A program made the translations under genes and the position numbers. The notes under the pieces are model-generated. The model searched no databases. It saw nothing but the letters and a program-made list of their open reading frames with translations, and was not told the origin of the DNA. A stretch of DNA of 36,895 bases, filler included, from Nitrospiraceae bacterium (GTDB lineage Bacteria; Nitrospirota; Nitrospiria; Nitrospirales; Nitrospiraceae), in NCBI GenBank assembly GCA_037442105.1. It is 5 parts of 5 records of this genome, joined end to end, with 100 filler letters (N's around TTAATTAATTAA, not from the genome) between each part and the next. Parts side by side here need not be neighbours in the genome. Positions count along the whole stretch, not along the records: positions 1 to 12,323 come from JBBIQV010000054.1; positions 12,424 to 21,482 come from JBBIQV010000057.1; 3 more parts are not named here. One strand, given 5' to 3'. Position 1 is the first letter of the stretch. Each line of letters begins with the position of its first letter. Below are positions 8,237 to 18,267 of the stretch, piece by piece.

Positions 8237-9097
8237 TTAGGGCACATAGACGGCTTCACACTGCACTGGGCTGACATAGCCCAGAGTCTGATGGAGCCGC
8301 TGTCGATTGTAGAACACTTCGATAAATTCAAACACGGCCACCTGCGCCTCCTCACGGGTCAAGAAGTCCTGATCATGGACCAGCTCATTTTTCAGCGTAC
8401 TGAAGAAGCTCTCGACCACCGCATTGTCATAGCAATTGCCCTTGCGACTCATGCTGGCCACAAGCCCACTCTGCGTCAACTGCCGTTGGTAGGCCAGACT
8501 CGTGTACGTGGCCCCCTGGTCTGTGTGATGAATCAGTCCTGGTCGTGGGCATCGGTGGGTCAGCGCCATCCGCAACGCCGTCAAGGCCACGTGTTGATCC
8601 GGTTTGCGACTCATGGCCCAGCCGATCACTCGGCGCGAGTACAGGTCCAGGAGCACGGCCAAGTAGACCCAGCCCGATCGAGTCGCAATGGCAGTCAGAT
8701 CGCCTGCCCAGATTCGATTGGGGGCCGCAGCCACAAACCGCTGTTGCAGCCGGTTGGGCGCCGGCGGCGCGAACTCATGGGGCTCGTGCATCACGCGGAA
8801 TCGCCGGGTCCGCTTGGCAAGCAACCCCTGTTGGCGACGCAGGCGCGCCACTCGATGGCGCCTACAGGGGACGCCCGAGGCCACCAGTGCCCGCCACAGC
8901 TTGAGCGCACCATAGCGCTCTTTCATCTGCCGATGGAGTTGAGTCATCCGCTCCACCAGGCCAGCGTTGGCCCGAGCCCGTGCACTGAGCGGACGGCGAC
9001 GCCAGGCGTAGAATCCGCTCCGACTGACGGCCAAGCCTTGACAGAGCCGCCCAATTCGATACTGGTGCTGATGGGTCTGAATGAACTGGTACGTCAT
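8237..9097 (-). CDS. IS3 transposase OrfB (DDE/rve)
   Basis: WAGDLT, LDLYSRRVIGW, HHTDQG, GNCYDNAVVESFF. Confidence 0.95.
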   Translation of the reverse strand: MTYQFIQTHQHQYRIGRLCQGLAVSRSGFYAWRRRPLSARARANAGLVERMTQLHRQMKERYGALKLWRALVASGVPCRRHRVARLRRQQGLLAKRTRRFRVMHEPHEFAPPAPNRLQQRFVAAAPNRIWAGDLTAIATRSGWVYLAVLLDLYSRRVIGWAMSRKPDQHVALTALRMALTHRCPRPGLIHHTDQGATYTSLAYQRQLTQSGLVASMSRKGNCYDNAVVESFFSTLKNELVHDQDFLTREEAQVAVFEFIEVFYNRQRLHQTLGYVSPVQCEAVYVP

Positions 9098-9387
9098 GGC
9101 GACTCCCGCGCAAAGTACACTGCGGCTTTTTTTAAAATGTCCCGCTCCTCACGGAGGCGGGCATTCTCTCGTCGCAAGCGTGTCAGCTCATCCGTGCTGT
9201 GGGCCCGACCTCCCTTGCCAGGGAACGCGGCTTCGCCATGCGTATCGAGTTCCAGCTGCCACTTATAGAGGTGGTTCCGGCGCAACCCCAACTCGCGGGC
9301 CACGGCGGCGGCTGGTTTCCCCGACGATTTCCACAGCCGGACCGCTTCAAGTTTGAATTCTTTGGTTAACGGTTGTCGCTTCGCCAT
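9094..9387 (-). CDS. IS3 transposase OrfA (HTH)
   Basis: TKEFKLEAVRL..VARELG..LYKW..ELTRLRRENARLREERDILKKAA; RBS GGAGGTG before ATG 9387. Confidence 0.93.
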   Translation of the reverse strand: MAKRQPLTKEFKLEAVRLWKSSGKPAAAVARELGLRRNHLYKWQLELDTHGEAAFPGKGGRAHSTDELTRLRRENARLREERDILKKAAVYFARESP

Positions 9388-9473
9388 CGGACACCTCCTG
9401 GGGATGCATTGTCCCCTTTTTGAAGTGTCCACGAAAGTGGGGCCAGCTCAGTCCGGCCCCATTTCCCCGCGCG

Positions 9474-9770
9474 CTATCGAATCTTCCAATATCCCGGCCT
9501 TCTCCGACCATGGGCGACTGCAACTACCTCAACGCGATCGTTTGTGACTCGATAGATCAGCTGGAAAGGAAACCGGTGGAAGAGGTAGCGCCGCGTGCCG
9601 TGCAGGAAGAGCGGCCATCGTTCAGGCGCATTGGCAATGGCTTCAATCCCGCGATCAAGTTCGTCTAAGAAAGAGTCGGCTGCAGACTGGCTTCTTTCTG
9701 CATACCATTGGCGAGCAGCCTTGGCTTCCTCAACGGCGTCGGGATGAAAAACGACGGGCAGGCCCAACAT
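9474..9770 (-). CDS. RelE/ParE-family toxin
   Basis: FHPDAVEEAKAARQWY..RRYLFHRFPFQLIYRV..VAVAHGRRRPGYW. Confidence 0.9.
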   Translation of the reverse strand: MLGLPVVFHPDAVEEAKAARQWYAERSQSAADSFLDELDRGIEAIANAPERWPLFLHGTRRYLFHRFPFQLIYRVTNDRVEVVAVAHGRRRPGYWKIR

Positions 9771-9994
9771 CAGCGACCGAGAATCTGTCGCCGGGCATCA
9801 CTCCAAGACACGACACGAGCGGAAGACGAATCAAGGTCTTTCAGGCGGCGGGTGATTTCCTGCTCCCATTGTCCTTCTGCATCGGCATCGATGGCCGTAT
9901 CGAGACTGTCGATCAACGAACCAGCCATCGCGGCTCGCGCTTCAGGTGGGAGCTTCAACGCCGCTTCCAACAATTTCGTTGCATCAGAACCCAT
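9770..9994 (-). CDS. Addiction-module antitoxin
   Basis: LLEAALKLPPEARAAMAGSLIDSLD..WEQEITRR..VSWSDARRQI; coupled to the toxin. Confidence 0.88.
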   Translation of the reverse strand: MGSDATKLLEAALKLPPEARAAMAGSLIDSLDTAIDADAEGQWEQEITRRLKDLDSSSARVVSWSDARRQILGR

Positions 9995-10003
9995 GTTGTA
10001 ATT

Positions 10004-10201
10004 TTAGCAGAACCCTCTTGAACTGGAAAGCCTGATTAGCGACTTGCCTTCCCTGAATTCTTCCTGCAACTCCTCGCGATGATTTTGTAGCTCACGGCGA
10101 ATGCCATCATGGCCTTCGGCAATTTGCCGGATATCACTGCGAAGCGATTCTGCTACGACGCCGAAGTGCCGCTTGATCTTTTCCATCTCTTCTCGACTCA
10201 T
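10004..10201 (-). CDS. Small coiled-coil hypothetical protein, probably 3'-truncated
   Basis: MSREEMEKIKRHFGVVAESLRSDIRQIAEGH..; coiled-coil pattern breaks off abruptly near the end. Confidence 0.5.
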   Translation of the reverse strand: MSREEMEKIKRHFGVVAESLRSDIRQIAEGHDGIRRELQNHREELQEEFREGKSLIRLSSSRGFC

Positions 10202-10474
10202 GGGCCACAGGTATAGGCCACTCGCTGAAGACATTCAACACACAATTCTACTCCACCTCCTCAAGAATGGTTCCATTCGGCGATCAGAAATGGGGGGAGG
10301 AGAAGAACAGGCGACAGGCTACTCTTCTGACCACTTCGCCGACCGCCCGCGCGTAATTGACCCTCCCCTCGTCGCTCCACTCACCTCACCCCCAGCGCTT
10401 CATTTACCCTCCTGCAACCTTCCGAAATAGTCCAAGCCGGTGTATCCTGCGCCAACTCTCTGAACCGCCTCGAA

Positions 10475-10758
10475 ATGAACGCTGCACCCATATCTGACTA
10501 CGTCCTGACACCCCATGCTCGCTGGGAACTATCCAGACGTGGCTTGAGGAGGATACGATCCGTGCGATACTTTCAGGACCAGAGCAGCGAATTGAGGTTC
10601 GTCCTGGGCGAGTTGTTCTTCAATCGAGGATTGTGTCTGGCCACTCGGAGAAGACGGTCCTCATTCGGGTTTTCGTGGATATCGACCGGCGGCCTGCAGA
10701 GGTCGTGACCGCCGATCAGACAAGCAAGATCGCGAAGTATTGGAGGGAAGCTCGATGA
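10475..10758 (+). pseudogene. DUF4258-like toxin, frameshifted near 10545
   Basis: YVLTPHARWELSRRGL then in another frame EEDTIRAIL..IRVFVDIDRRPAEVVT..TSKIAKYW; ATGA overlap with the DUF2283 gene. Confidence 0.75.
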
Positions 10759-10955
10759 AAGTCTCTTACGATGAAACAACGGACACGCTGAGCGTGATCC
10801 TGAAAGATAATACTCCGGTCGTCGAAAGCGACGAGGACAAACCAGGCGTGATTCTGGATTACGATGCAACAGGCAACCTCGTGTCATTGGAAATCCTCGA
10901 TGCCTCGAAGCGAGTTACCGAAACTCGGAAGGTAGAATTTCAAACAACGGCGTAG
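10755..10955 (+). CDS. DUF2283-family antitoxin-like protein
   Basis: MKVSYDETTDTLSVIL..ESDEDKPGVILDYDATGNLVSLEILDASKRV. Confidence 0.88.
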   Translation: MKVSYDETTDTLSVILKDNTPVVESDEDKPGVILDYDATGNLVSLEILDASKRVTETRKVEFQTTA

Positions 10956-10964
10956 AGAAGCTCC

Positions 10965-11204
10965 ATGCGAAAGAATTATAAACGCAAGCGACGATCCTGC
11001 GCTCTCTGCAAACCCAATAAGATGGGCTGGGAAAGCCGATGGACTGCCAAGGAAGCCGCTCGACAGAAAGCCATGGAAGAAGAGTGTCGCCGCTTGACCT
11101 GCCAAGACCGCAGAGACCTCATCGACGCCCGCCTCGCGCTTGCTGAAATGAAATGTGCTGGCGCTAAATCTCTTTCTGCCATCCTTAAAGATTTGAACAT
11201 CTAA
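10965..11204 (+). CDS. Hypothetical protein, apparently chimeric (CxxC peptide plus antitoxin-like tail)
   Basis: KRKRRSCALCKPNK..; C-terminal DRRDLIDARLALAEMK..SLSAILKDLNI. Confidence 0.45.
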   Translation: MRKNYKRKRRSCALCKPNKMGWESRWTAKEAARQKAMEEECRRLTCQDRRDLIDARLALAEMKCAGAKSLSAILKDLNI

Positions 11205-11207
11205 GTT

Positions 11208-11749
11208 CAGTAGTGTCCGGAGATCACGTGAATAGATTCAACTGGTTACCGTTTTCCACGGATTCCTCCTCCCACTCGATGCGGGCAAGCAGTTGATCGA
11301 GAGGCGTTTTCTCGAAGAGCGTCAAACTCAGAATCTGTAGGATCGTATAGAGCGAGGCATCGATGTTTAGACGTTTCTTGACCACGGCCACCAGCACATA
11401 GACCGCGATGGCGATCCAGACCTGAGTTTTGACGGCGTTCTCGGAGGTGCCAAAGAAGGCTTTGATCCGCAGATGTTGCTTGATCCATTTGAAGAATAGT
11501 TCCACCTGCCAGCGGCACCGGTACAGCTCGGTGATGGTCAGTGCCGGCAGATCGAAGTGGTTGGCGAGAAACACCAGGAGCTTGTCGTGCAGGGCATCGT
11601 AGAACTTGATGCGGCGAAGCGGCGGTGGGTAATCCGTGCACGACTGCCCGCCGGTCAACACGACGGTTTGATCGCGAGCGCAGGCCGCTCGCCTTGTCGA
11701 TCGGATGCGAATACAGCCGTCGATACTGCAGATTCGCCTTGGCGCGAGG
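11208..11749 (-). mobile_element. IS4-family element remnant (3' part of transposase, frameshifted, one terminus)
   Basis: RAKANLQYRRLYS / LRRIKFYD..VFLAN..ELYRCRWQVELFFKWIKQHLRIK..SENAVKTQVWIA; end sequence CAGTAGTGTCCGG. Confidence 0.85.
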
Positions 11750-11840
11750 GGTCCAATCAAGGTCAGGTCTTGCAATCATACATCGACATAGCTGAGCATT
11801 CTCGGGGCGCGGTGCCGCGTGAGCCTTGATCACATCCGGG

Positions 11841-12153
11841 TTAGGCCGGCATCAGTGCGTCTTTCACGCGCCGGACTTTGATCTTGCCCGCGCGTTTTTC
11901 CATTTTCGCCAGATCGTAGGCCGCCTGCATCCGCAGCCAGGTTTCGGCGCCCCCGCCAAAGGCCTTTTCCAGCCGAATGGCCATTTCGGCGGAGATCCCG
12001 GCCTTGCCGCTCACCAGGTTGTTCATCGCCTGACGTGTAATTCCCAGCACCTTCGCCCCTTCCGCAACGGACAGCCNNNNNNNNNNNNNNNNNNNNNNNN
12101 AGACAATCGTGCCGCACTGACAAGCCTGGATGGGGAGGGTTCTTCATACGCAT
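11841..12153 (-). CDS. higA: HigA antitoxin (HTH), interrupted by an N-gap at 12077-12100
   Basis: MKNPPHPG..GITRQAMNNLVSGKAGISAEMAIRLEKAFGG.AETWLRMQAAYDL. Confidence 0.9.
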
Positions 12154-12164
12154 GGTGGCTCTCC

Positions 12165-12323
12165 TCAGTGATAATCAATCAGATCGACGTCGTAGGCGCT
12201 GCCATATTCAAATCGAAAGATGATCCGCCAGTTACCGGACACGCTCACCGCCCAGAACCCCGCCAACTCGCCCTTTAAAGGATGGAGCCGATAGCCCGGC
12301 AAGCCCATGTCCTGGACGGTTAC
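12165..12323 (-). CDS. higB: HigB-type RelE/ParE toxin, 5' end lost at contig edge
   Basis: DMGLPGYRLHPLKGELAGFWAVSVSGNWRIIFRF..DVDLIDYH*. Confidence 0.9.
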   Translation of the reverse strand, partial: VTVQDMGLPGYRLHPLKGELAGFWAVSVSGNWRIIFRFEYGSAYDVDLIDYH

Positions 12324-12423
12324 NNNNNNNNNNNNNNNNNNNNNNNNNNNNNNNNNNNNNNNNNNNNTTAATTAATTAANNNNNNNNNNNNNNNNNNNNN
12401 NNNNNNNNNNNNNNNNNNNNNNN
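12324..12423. other. Artificial contig linker
   Basis: N44-TTAATTAATTAA-N44 (stops in all six frames). Confidence 0.98.
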
Positions 12424-12475
12424 GGGTGACCCGCGGCTTATGAGTCCGCTGCTCTACCAACTGAGCTACACCGCC
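12424..12475 (-). tRNA. tRNA with CAT anticodon (elongator Met, or Ile2), 3' end cut by contig edge
   Basis: GGCGGTG TA GCTC AGTTGGTA GAGC A GCGGA CTCATAA GCCGC GGGTC ACCC: acceptor 5' strand, D arm and anticodon arm. Confidence 0.9.
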
Positions 12476-12616
12476 ACTATGTTCTGAAGAAAACGTGGTT
12501 GATGATACCTGAGGATGGTGGGAAGTGTCCACCGGCCATTCCTTGACGGCGTCCGTTGGGAGGCGCAAGATACCTTTCGTGGAGTGCCGGGCCAGCCTAG
12601 CTCCGCTCCAGATTGT

Positions 12617-12988
12617 ATGCAGATCCGCACTCTTCTTATTCTGGTCTTTTTTCTTACCATCTGCGTAGGACTGGCAGCGACCAATCCCACGATTGACCAA
12701 TACTTGTCATTCGTTGAAACGGAAATGAATAGGGCGCTCGAACGGATGGATCAATCGATGGCGAGTCAAGAGCGAACGTTGATCCAGACCGTGTTCCGCT
12801 CACAGGGCAAGAAGATTATCCAGAGTGTTGTGATGCCCAATACGATTCGCCGAAACTGGGGGCTGCTCAGTCGGTTTGAGACACGGGTTCTCGGCGAAGA
12901 GGTGATGGTGCTTGGTATAGCCGGTCGATTTGTTCCCCTGAAAGGCTTCGAAGAGGCCACATTGAAGATGGGGCGATTGGTGTTCTAG
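12617..12988 (+). CDS. DUF4359-like membrane-anchored protein
   Basis: Hydrophobic N-terminus then LAATNPT..Y; C-terminal RRNWGLLSRFET..LGIAGRFVPL. Confidence 0.7.
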   Translation: MQIRTLLILVFFLTICVGLAATNPTIDQYLSFVETEMNRALERMDQSMASQERTLIQTVFRSQGKKIIQSVVMPNTIRRNWGLLSRFETRVLGEEVMVLGIAGRFVPLKGFEEATLKMGRLVF

Positions 12989-13107
12989 ATTCTGATCAGG
13001 TTTTTGGTCTTTCCTCCTGTGGATAAGTGGCAACCGTTCGGGCTGATTTGCTGGCCTATCAAGGACTATCCTCTATCCCCAGGTTATCCTCGCTTTCCCC
13101 AGGCGCT

Positions 13108-13155
13108 GTACCATATTTAGTATTGACAAACTTTTCGAATCGCTATATGTAGCTG
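13108..13155 (+). promoter_or_regulatory. Tandem NrdR boxes overlapping the nrdJ promoter
   Basis: gtaCcAtATtTaGtat (13108-13123) and tcgCtAtATgTaGctg (13140-13155), 32 nt apart, flanking TTGACA at 13123-13128. Confidence 0.8.
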
Positions 13156-13271
13156 TACCCTTGGTGGAATGATTCGAATACTAGCCCGGTCTTGTTTATC
13201 ACTGAGCAGCTAAAAGTAGTCTGATGTTCAACAGGGCCTTTGAGCGGGCCCTTGGAGGAGAGGAGGGAATC

Positions 13272-16200
13272 GTGAGGATCGAACGACGATTCACGCGGCG
13301 CGGACAAAGCCCATATGAAGGTTTGACGTTCGTGAAGCGCTCTTCGGAGATTAGGAACCCTGACGGGTCGACCGTTTTTAAGCTTGATGGCATTGAGGTC
13401 CCCGACCAGTGGTCCCAACTGGCGACCGATATTCTCGCCCAAAAGTATTTTCGCAAGGCGGGAGTCCCCCAGATCGGACCGGACGGCGCTGTGATGACCG
13501 GTCCGGACGGGAGGCCGGTTCTCGATTGCGAACGCGATGCGCGTCAGGTATTTGAGCGGCTTGCGGGCTGTTGGACTCATTGGGGCAAGTCCTACGGATA
13601 CTTCAAGTCCACCGAAGACGCGTCCGCCTTTCACGATGAAATCGCCTATATGCTGGCGCACCAAATGGCCGCACCTAACTCACCCCAATGGTTCAATACC
13701 GGACTCCACTACGCCTATGGGCTCACCGGGCCGGCACAGGGGCACTATTACGTCGATCCCAAGACCCGTGAGGTGGTCAAGGCTACGAACGCGTTCGAGC
13801 ATCCTCAACCTCACGCCTGTTTTATCCAGTCGATCGAGGATGATCTCGTCAACGAAAACGGCATTATGGATCTGTGGGTGCGTGAAGCCCGTCTCTTCAA
13901 GTATGGGTCCGGAACCGGCACCAATTTCTCCAAGCTCCGCGGCGACGGAGAACCGCTGTCTGGCGGAGGACGATCTTCGGGGTTGATGTCGTTCTTGAAA
14001 ATCGGCGATCGAGCGGCAGGCGCGATCAAATCCGGCGGAACGACCAGAAGGGCCGCGAAGATGGTCTGTCTTGACCTCGATCACCCCGATATTGAGGAAT
14101 TCATTGACTGGAAGGTGGTGGAGGAACAGAAAGTCGCCGCGCTGGTGACCGGCTCAAAGATCTGCGCCCAGCGTCTGAATGCCGTGCTGAAGGCGTGCCA
14201 TCTCGTCCATAACAATGGGAGTATGACGGTTGAATTGGATAGCAAGAAAAACCCGGTGCTCAGAGAGGCCATGTCGGCCGCTCGCCGAGATGCCGTTCCC
14301 GAAGCCTACATCCAGCGGATGTTTTCCTTCGCGCAACAGGGCTACACCCATTTTGTCTTCCACGAATACGACACCAATTGGGATGGAAGGGCCTACCAGA
14401 CCGTCTCCGGGCAGAACTCGAACAATAGCGTGCGGGTTCCCAACGAGTTCTTTGAGGCCCTTGAGAAAGACGGCGATTGGCAATTGAAGCGGCGCGTTGA
14501 TGGCAAGGTATGCAAAACGATCAAAGCGAGGGACCTTTGGGAGAAGATTGCCTGGGCGGCATGGGTCTGTGCGGACCCTGGTACGCAGTACGATACCACC
14601 ATCAACGAATGGCACACTTGCCCGGAAGATGGCCGTATCAATGCTTCGAATCCCTGTTCCGAGTACATGTTCCTCGACGATACGGCTTGCAATCTTGCCT
14701 CCTTGAATCTTGCGGAATTCTTCACGCCGGACGGAAGCGTTGACTTGGAGAACTTCCGTCATGCCGTACGACTGTGGACCATCGTGCTGGAAATCAGTGT
14801 GCTGATGGCATCCTTCCCCAGCAGGGCCATTGCCGAGAGGAGCTATCAGTTTCGGACGCTTGGGTTGGGATATGCCAACCTGGGCACCGTCCTGATGCGA
14901 CAGGGGATTCCCTACGATTCTCCCAATGCATTGGCTATTTGTGGGGCACTCACCGCGATCATGACCGGAGAGGCCTATGGGACCTCCGCCGAAATGGCTG
15001 CCGAGCTCTGGCCGTTTCCGGACTATGCCAAGAATCGCGAGTCCATGCTTCGTGTGATCCGGAACCACCGCAGGGCTGCGTACAATGCGCCCCCTGAAGA
15101 ATATGAGGGGCTCACGATCAAGCCCAAGGGTATTCAACCGGAACATTGTCCGCCGGATCTCCTGATCGCTGCACGCCGGGCTTGGGATCGTGCGCTGGAA
15201 CTCGGTACGGCGTACGGTTTCCGCAACGCCCAAGTTACCGTCATTGCCCCGACCGGCACTATCGGCCTGGTCATGGATTGCGATACCACGGGCATCGAGC
15301 CGGACTTTGCGCTGGTCAAGTTTAAGAAGCTGGCGGGAGGCGGCTATTTCAAGATCATCAACCAAAGTTTACCCCTGGCCCTCACGACGTTGGGGTATAC
15401 GGAGGCCCAGATCCAAGAAATCATTGTCTATTGTCTCGGCCATCAGACGTTGAAAGACGCCCCCTTCATCAATCATGAGACGCTCAAGCAAAAAGGGTTC
15501 GACGATGCCGCCTTGGAGCGGCTGGAAAGCGGCCTGGGACAGGCCTTCGAGATTCAATTTGCGTTCAACAAGTTCACGCTGGGTGAGGATTTCTGCCGCG
15601 AGAAGCTTGGACTGACCGAGGCGCAAGTGAACGACGCGAGTTTCAACATGCTCAAGGTCCTGGGGTTTACGCAGGAGGAGATCGTTGCGGCGAATGACTA
15701 CTGTTGCGGGACGATGACGGTCGAAGGCGCGCCCCATCTCAAGGCCGAGCATCTTCCTGTGTTCGATTGCGCCAATCGGTGCGGACGTCTGGGGCAGCGA
15801 TATATTCCGGTCGAAGCCCATATCCGGATGATGGCAGCCGCGCAACCTTTCATCAGCGGCGCGATCAGCAAGACGATCAACATGCCGGCAGAAGCCACCA
15901 TCGAAGATGTGAAGGCGGCGTATCTGCTCTCCTGGCGCAGTATGGTGAAGGCCGTGGCGTTGTATCGTGACGGCTCCAAGCTGAGTCAACCCCTCAACGC
16001 CGCTACGGATAGCGGGAAGGCGGCAGAGGCTCAGGCCGAAGTCCTGGCAGCGGCAGAAAAGGTGACGGAACGAGTGCTCGTCCGATATTTGGCCAAGCGG
16101 CGGCCGTTGCCATCCCGCCGTAGCGGCTATACCCAAAAGGCCATCGTCGGGTCCCACAAGATCTATCTTCGTACCGGAGAATATGAAGATGGCACCTTGG

Positions 16201-16802
16201 GAGAAATTTTTCTGGACATGCACAAGGAAGGCGCCGCTTTCCGCAGCCTGATGAATTGTTTTGCCATCGCGATCTCGTTGGGTCTTCAACATGGAGTGCC
16301 GTTGGAAGAATTCGTGGAGGCTTTCGTCTTTACCCGGTTTGAGCCCAATGGTCCTGTGAAGCTCAACGACCGGATCAAGATGTCCACCTCGATCATCGAT
16401 TACATCTTCCGTGAACTAGCGGTCACATACCTGGATCGCTACGATCTGGCTCAAGTCCAGGCAGAAGATCTTCGGATGGACTCGATGAAGAAAGATGATC
16501 AAGATCCGGAGTGTGTGGATGAAGAAGCGGACCTCGATGCTCTCGCCAAATCCGCGGTGATCACCGAACATCTTCCCATCCGCCGGAACGGTGTGAAGGG
16601 CAACGGTCATGGGAACGGCCACGGCAGTGTCGCGCACAAAGTCGAGCTCAAGCGCGAGACGTTTACCGTGACCGCCGTCAAGATTGCTAAACAAAAGGGG
16701 TACGAGGGCGATCCTTGCCCGGAGTGTAAACAATTCACGATGGTGCGGAACGGCACCTGTTTGAAGTGTGTGAACTGCGGTGCGACGAGCGGGTGTTCCT
16801 GA
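13272..16802 (+). CDS. nrdJ: Class II (adenosylcobalamin-dependent) ribonucleotide reductase
   Basis: [42 protein letters not shown]-terminal TSCPD-like and CxxC..CxxC; GTG start after RBS GGAGGG. Confidence 0.97.
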   Translation: MRIERRFTRRGQSPYEGLTFVKRSSEIRNPDGSTVFKLDGIEVPDQWSQLATDILAQKYFRKAGVPQIGPDGAVMTGPDGRPVLDCERDARQVFERLAGCWTHWGKSYGYFKSTEDASAFHDEIAYMLAHQMAAPNSPQWFNTGLHYAYGLTGPAQGHYYVDPKTREVVKATNAFEHPQPHACFIQSIEDDLVNENGIMDLWVREARLFKYGSGTGTNFSKLRGDGEPLSGGGRSSGLMSFLKIGDRAAGAIKSGGTTRRAAKMVCLDLDHPDIEEFIDWKVVEEQKVAALVTGSKICAQRLNAVLKACHLVHNNGSMTVELDSKKNPVLREAMSAARRDAVPEAYIQRMFSFAQQGYTHFVFHEYDTNWDGRAYQTVSGQNSNNSVRVPNEFFEALEKDGDWQLKRRVDGKVCKTIKARDLWEKIAWAAWVCADPGTQYDTTINEWHTCPEDGRINASNPCSEYMFLDDTACNLASLNLAEFFTPDGSVDLENFRHAVRLWTIVLEISVLMASFPSRAIAERSYQFRTLGLGYANLGTVLMRQGIPYDSPNALAICGALTAIMTGEAYGTSAEMAAELWPFPDYAKNRESMLRVIRNHRRAAYNAPPEEYEGLTIKPKGIQPEHCPPDLLIAARRAWDRALELGTAYGFRNAQVTVIAPTGTIGLVMDCDTTGIEPDFALVKFKKLAGGGYFKIINQSLPLALTTLGYTEAQIQEIIVYCLGHQTLKDAPFINHETLKQKGFDDAALERLESGLGQAFEIQFAFNKFTLGEDFCREKLGLTEAQVNDASFNMLKVLGFTQEEIVAANDYCCGTMTVEGAPHLKAEHLPVFDCANRCGRLGQRYIPVEAHIRMMAAAQPFISGAISKTINMPAEATIEDVKAAYLLSWRSMVKAVALYRDGSKLSQPLNAATDSGKAAEAQAEVLAAAEKVTERVLVRYLAKRRPLPSRRSGYTQKAIVGSHKIYLRTGEYEDGTLGEIFLDMHKEGAAFRSLMNCFAIAISLGLQHGVPLEEFVEAFVFTRFEPNGPVKLNDRIKMSTSIIDYIFRELAVTYLDRYDLAQVQAEDLRMDSMKKDDQDPECVDEEADLDALAKSAVITEHLPIRRNGVKGNGHGNGHGSVAHKVELKRETFTVTAVKIAKQKGYEGDPCPECKQFTMVRNGTCLKCVNCGATSGCS

Positions 16803-16906
16803 TTGTGCCGGGCGATTGGCTCAAAATCTGAGAGGCCTTTTATGGGTTGATCCGCCGGGGCAGGTGTGGGAGATTGTATTCGTCCAAACCTTCAGGAGGC
16901 TCGATT

Positions 16907-17317
16907 ATGCCGACGGCGATTCAGTTGGTAATCAGCGAAAAGAGCAGGCCGGGTGTCCTGGCTCAGGTGGCATCCGTATTGGGAGGCGCCGGCGTCAATA
17001 TCAAGGCCTTCTCTGCTCCGGAGGTCACCGGCAAAGGAAAACTGCGTCTGCTGGTTGCCGATCTCGATGGCGCTCGATCAGCTCTCAAGAAAGCCAAGAT
17101 CAAATTCTCCGAGGAAACGGCCTTGGTGCTCAGTCTCGAAAATAAACCGGGTGCGCTGAACGACGTCGCCGATGTGCTTACGAAAGCCCGTATCAACATC
17201 AAATGCGGGTATTGCACCCCTTCCCGTGAGGGGAAAAGGGCTATCGTGGTGTTAACGTTGTCCCATACCCAGAAGGCCTTGACCCTTCTCCGGGACCAGT
17301 CCCTCGACGAATTCTAA
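16907..17317 (+). CDS. Tandem ACT-domain protein
   Basis: SRPGVLAQVASVLGGAGVNI and ENKPGALNDVADVLTKARINI; RBS AGGAGG. Confidence 0.88.
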   Translation: MPTAIQLVISEKSRPGVLAQVASVLGGAGVNIKAFSAPEVTGKGKLRLLVADLDGARSALKKAKIKFSEETALVLSLENKPGALNDVADVLTKARINIKCGYCTPSREGKRAIVVLTLSHTQKALTLLRDQSLDEF

Positions 17318-17318
17318 T

Positions 17319-18005
17319 ATGTTGGCAGCAGTCTGCCTCAGGCGGGTTCCCTCGTGGGTATTCGTCGCAGGAAGTGTTGTGCTGTCGATTCATGCCGGTT
17401 GCTCGTCTGCTCCCACCGCACGGTATCTTTATCATCCTGGTTATCCCATCGGCCACGTCGAGCGCGGGACTGCCTCATGGTATGGCCCAGGTTTTCACGG
17501 GCATCATACAGCCAACGGGGAAGTCTACGATATGCACAAATTGACGGCAGCTCACCGGACACTCCCGTTAGGCTCCATGGCGGTGGTTCGATCTCTGACC
17601 ACCGGGCGGGAGGTCACCGTACGGATCAATGATCGGGGTCCCTTTGCGAAGGGACGGATTCTTGACCTATCCCTTGCGGGGGCTCGATCGCTTGGAATAA
17701 CGGATAAAGGAACCGACGAGGTAGAATTGCGGGTCATCGGGTATCAGGGACGGGCAGGCGAGCTGGGATTTTTAAGAGTGCAAGTCGGCTCCTTTGCAGA
17801 TGCTGCGAATGCTCGCGCGCTGGTCGATAGACTCAAGGGATGGCGGTATACTGACGCTCGAATCCTGGCAGTAGAGCTGCCGGAGGGAAAGCGGTATCGG
17901 GTGCAAGTCGGCCACTATACGACCGAATCCCAGGCCGAAACTGCTGCAGCACGTCTGGCTTCCCAGCTCGATCTGGATCCCTTTGTCGTCAGAGAGGATG
18001 GGTAG
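17319..18005 (+). CDS. rlpA: RlpA-family septal ring lytic transglycosylase lipoprotein with SPOR domain
   Basis: Lipobox-like HAGC; GTASWYGPGFHG..TANGE..AAHRTLP..RINDRGPF; SPOR VQVGSF. Confidence 0.93.
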   Translation: MLAAVCLRRVPSWVFVAGSVVLSIHAGCSSAPTARYLYHPGYPIGHVERGTASWYGPGFHGHHTANGEVYDMHKLTAAHRTLPLGSMAVVRSLTTGREVTVRINDRGPFAKGRILDLSLAGARSLGITDKGTDEVELRVIGYQGRAGELGFLRVQVGSFADAANARALVDRLKGWRYTDARILAVELPEGKRYRVQVGHYTTESQAETAAARLASQLDLDPFVVREDG

Positions 18006-18267
18006 CGGCTATATGTTGTGTCCGATCCAGATTTCGAAGCCATTGATATTCCAGTGTGAATTGCCATAAAGCTTGATGTTTATGCCTGTCCTGTGATAGG
18101 TGTAATGGCCTATGGCTGAGTCCAGGCCCAAAGGCCCCTATCAGGTTGTCCTACCAGGCGAGTCCCTTTTTTCCTCGGGGTCTGCTGGTTCGACTCTAGG
18201 CCAAGCCGACCGCTTACTCCAGCCAGGTCGGTTTATTACCCGTTTGTAATCAATCCTTACATTACTT

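Larger units (their letters stand above)
8207..9450 (-). mobile_element. IS3-family insertion sequence (1244 bp)
   Basis: Terminal IRs TGAGCTACCCCCGATTTCATGGACAC / TGAGCTGGCCCCACTTTCGTGGACAC (21/26), TG..CA ends, orfA/orfB, A7G slippery site at 9126-9133. Confidence 0.95.

Noticed and set aside
18100..18260. Metal-sensing riboswitch upstream of the CNNM/CBS gene
   Set aside because: A hairpin (CCGACC..GGTCGG followed by TTTATT) exists, but I could not match yybP-ykoY, M-box or fluoride consensus; needs an Rfam scan
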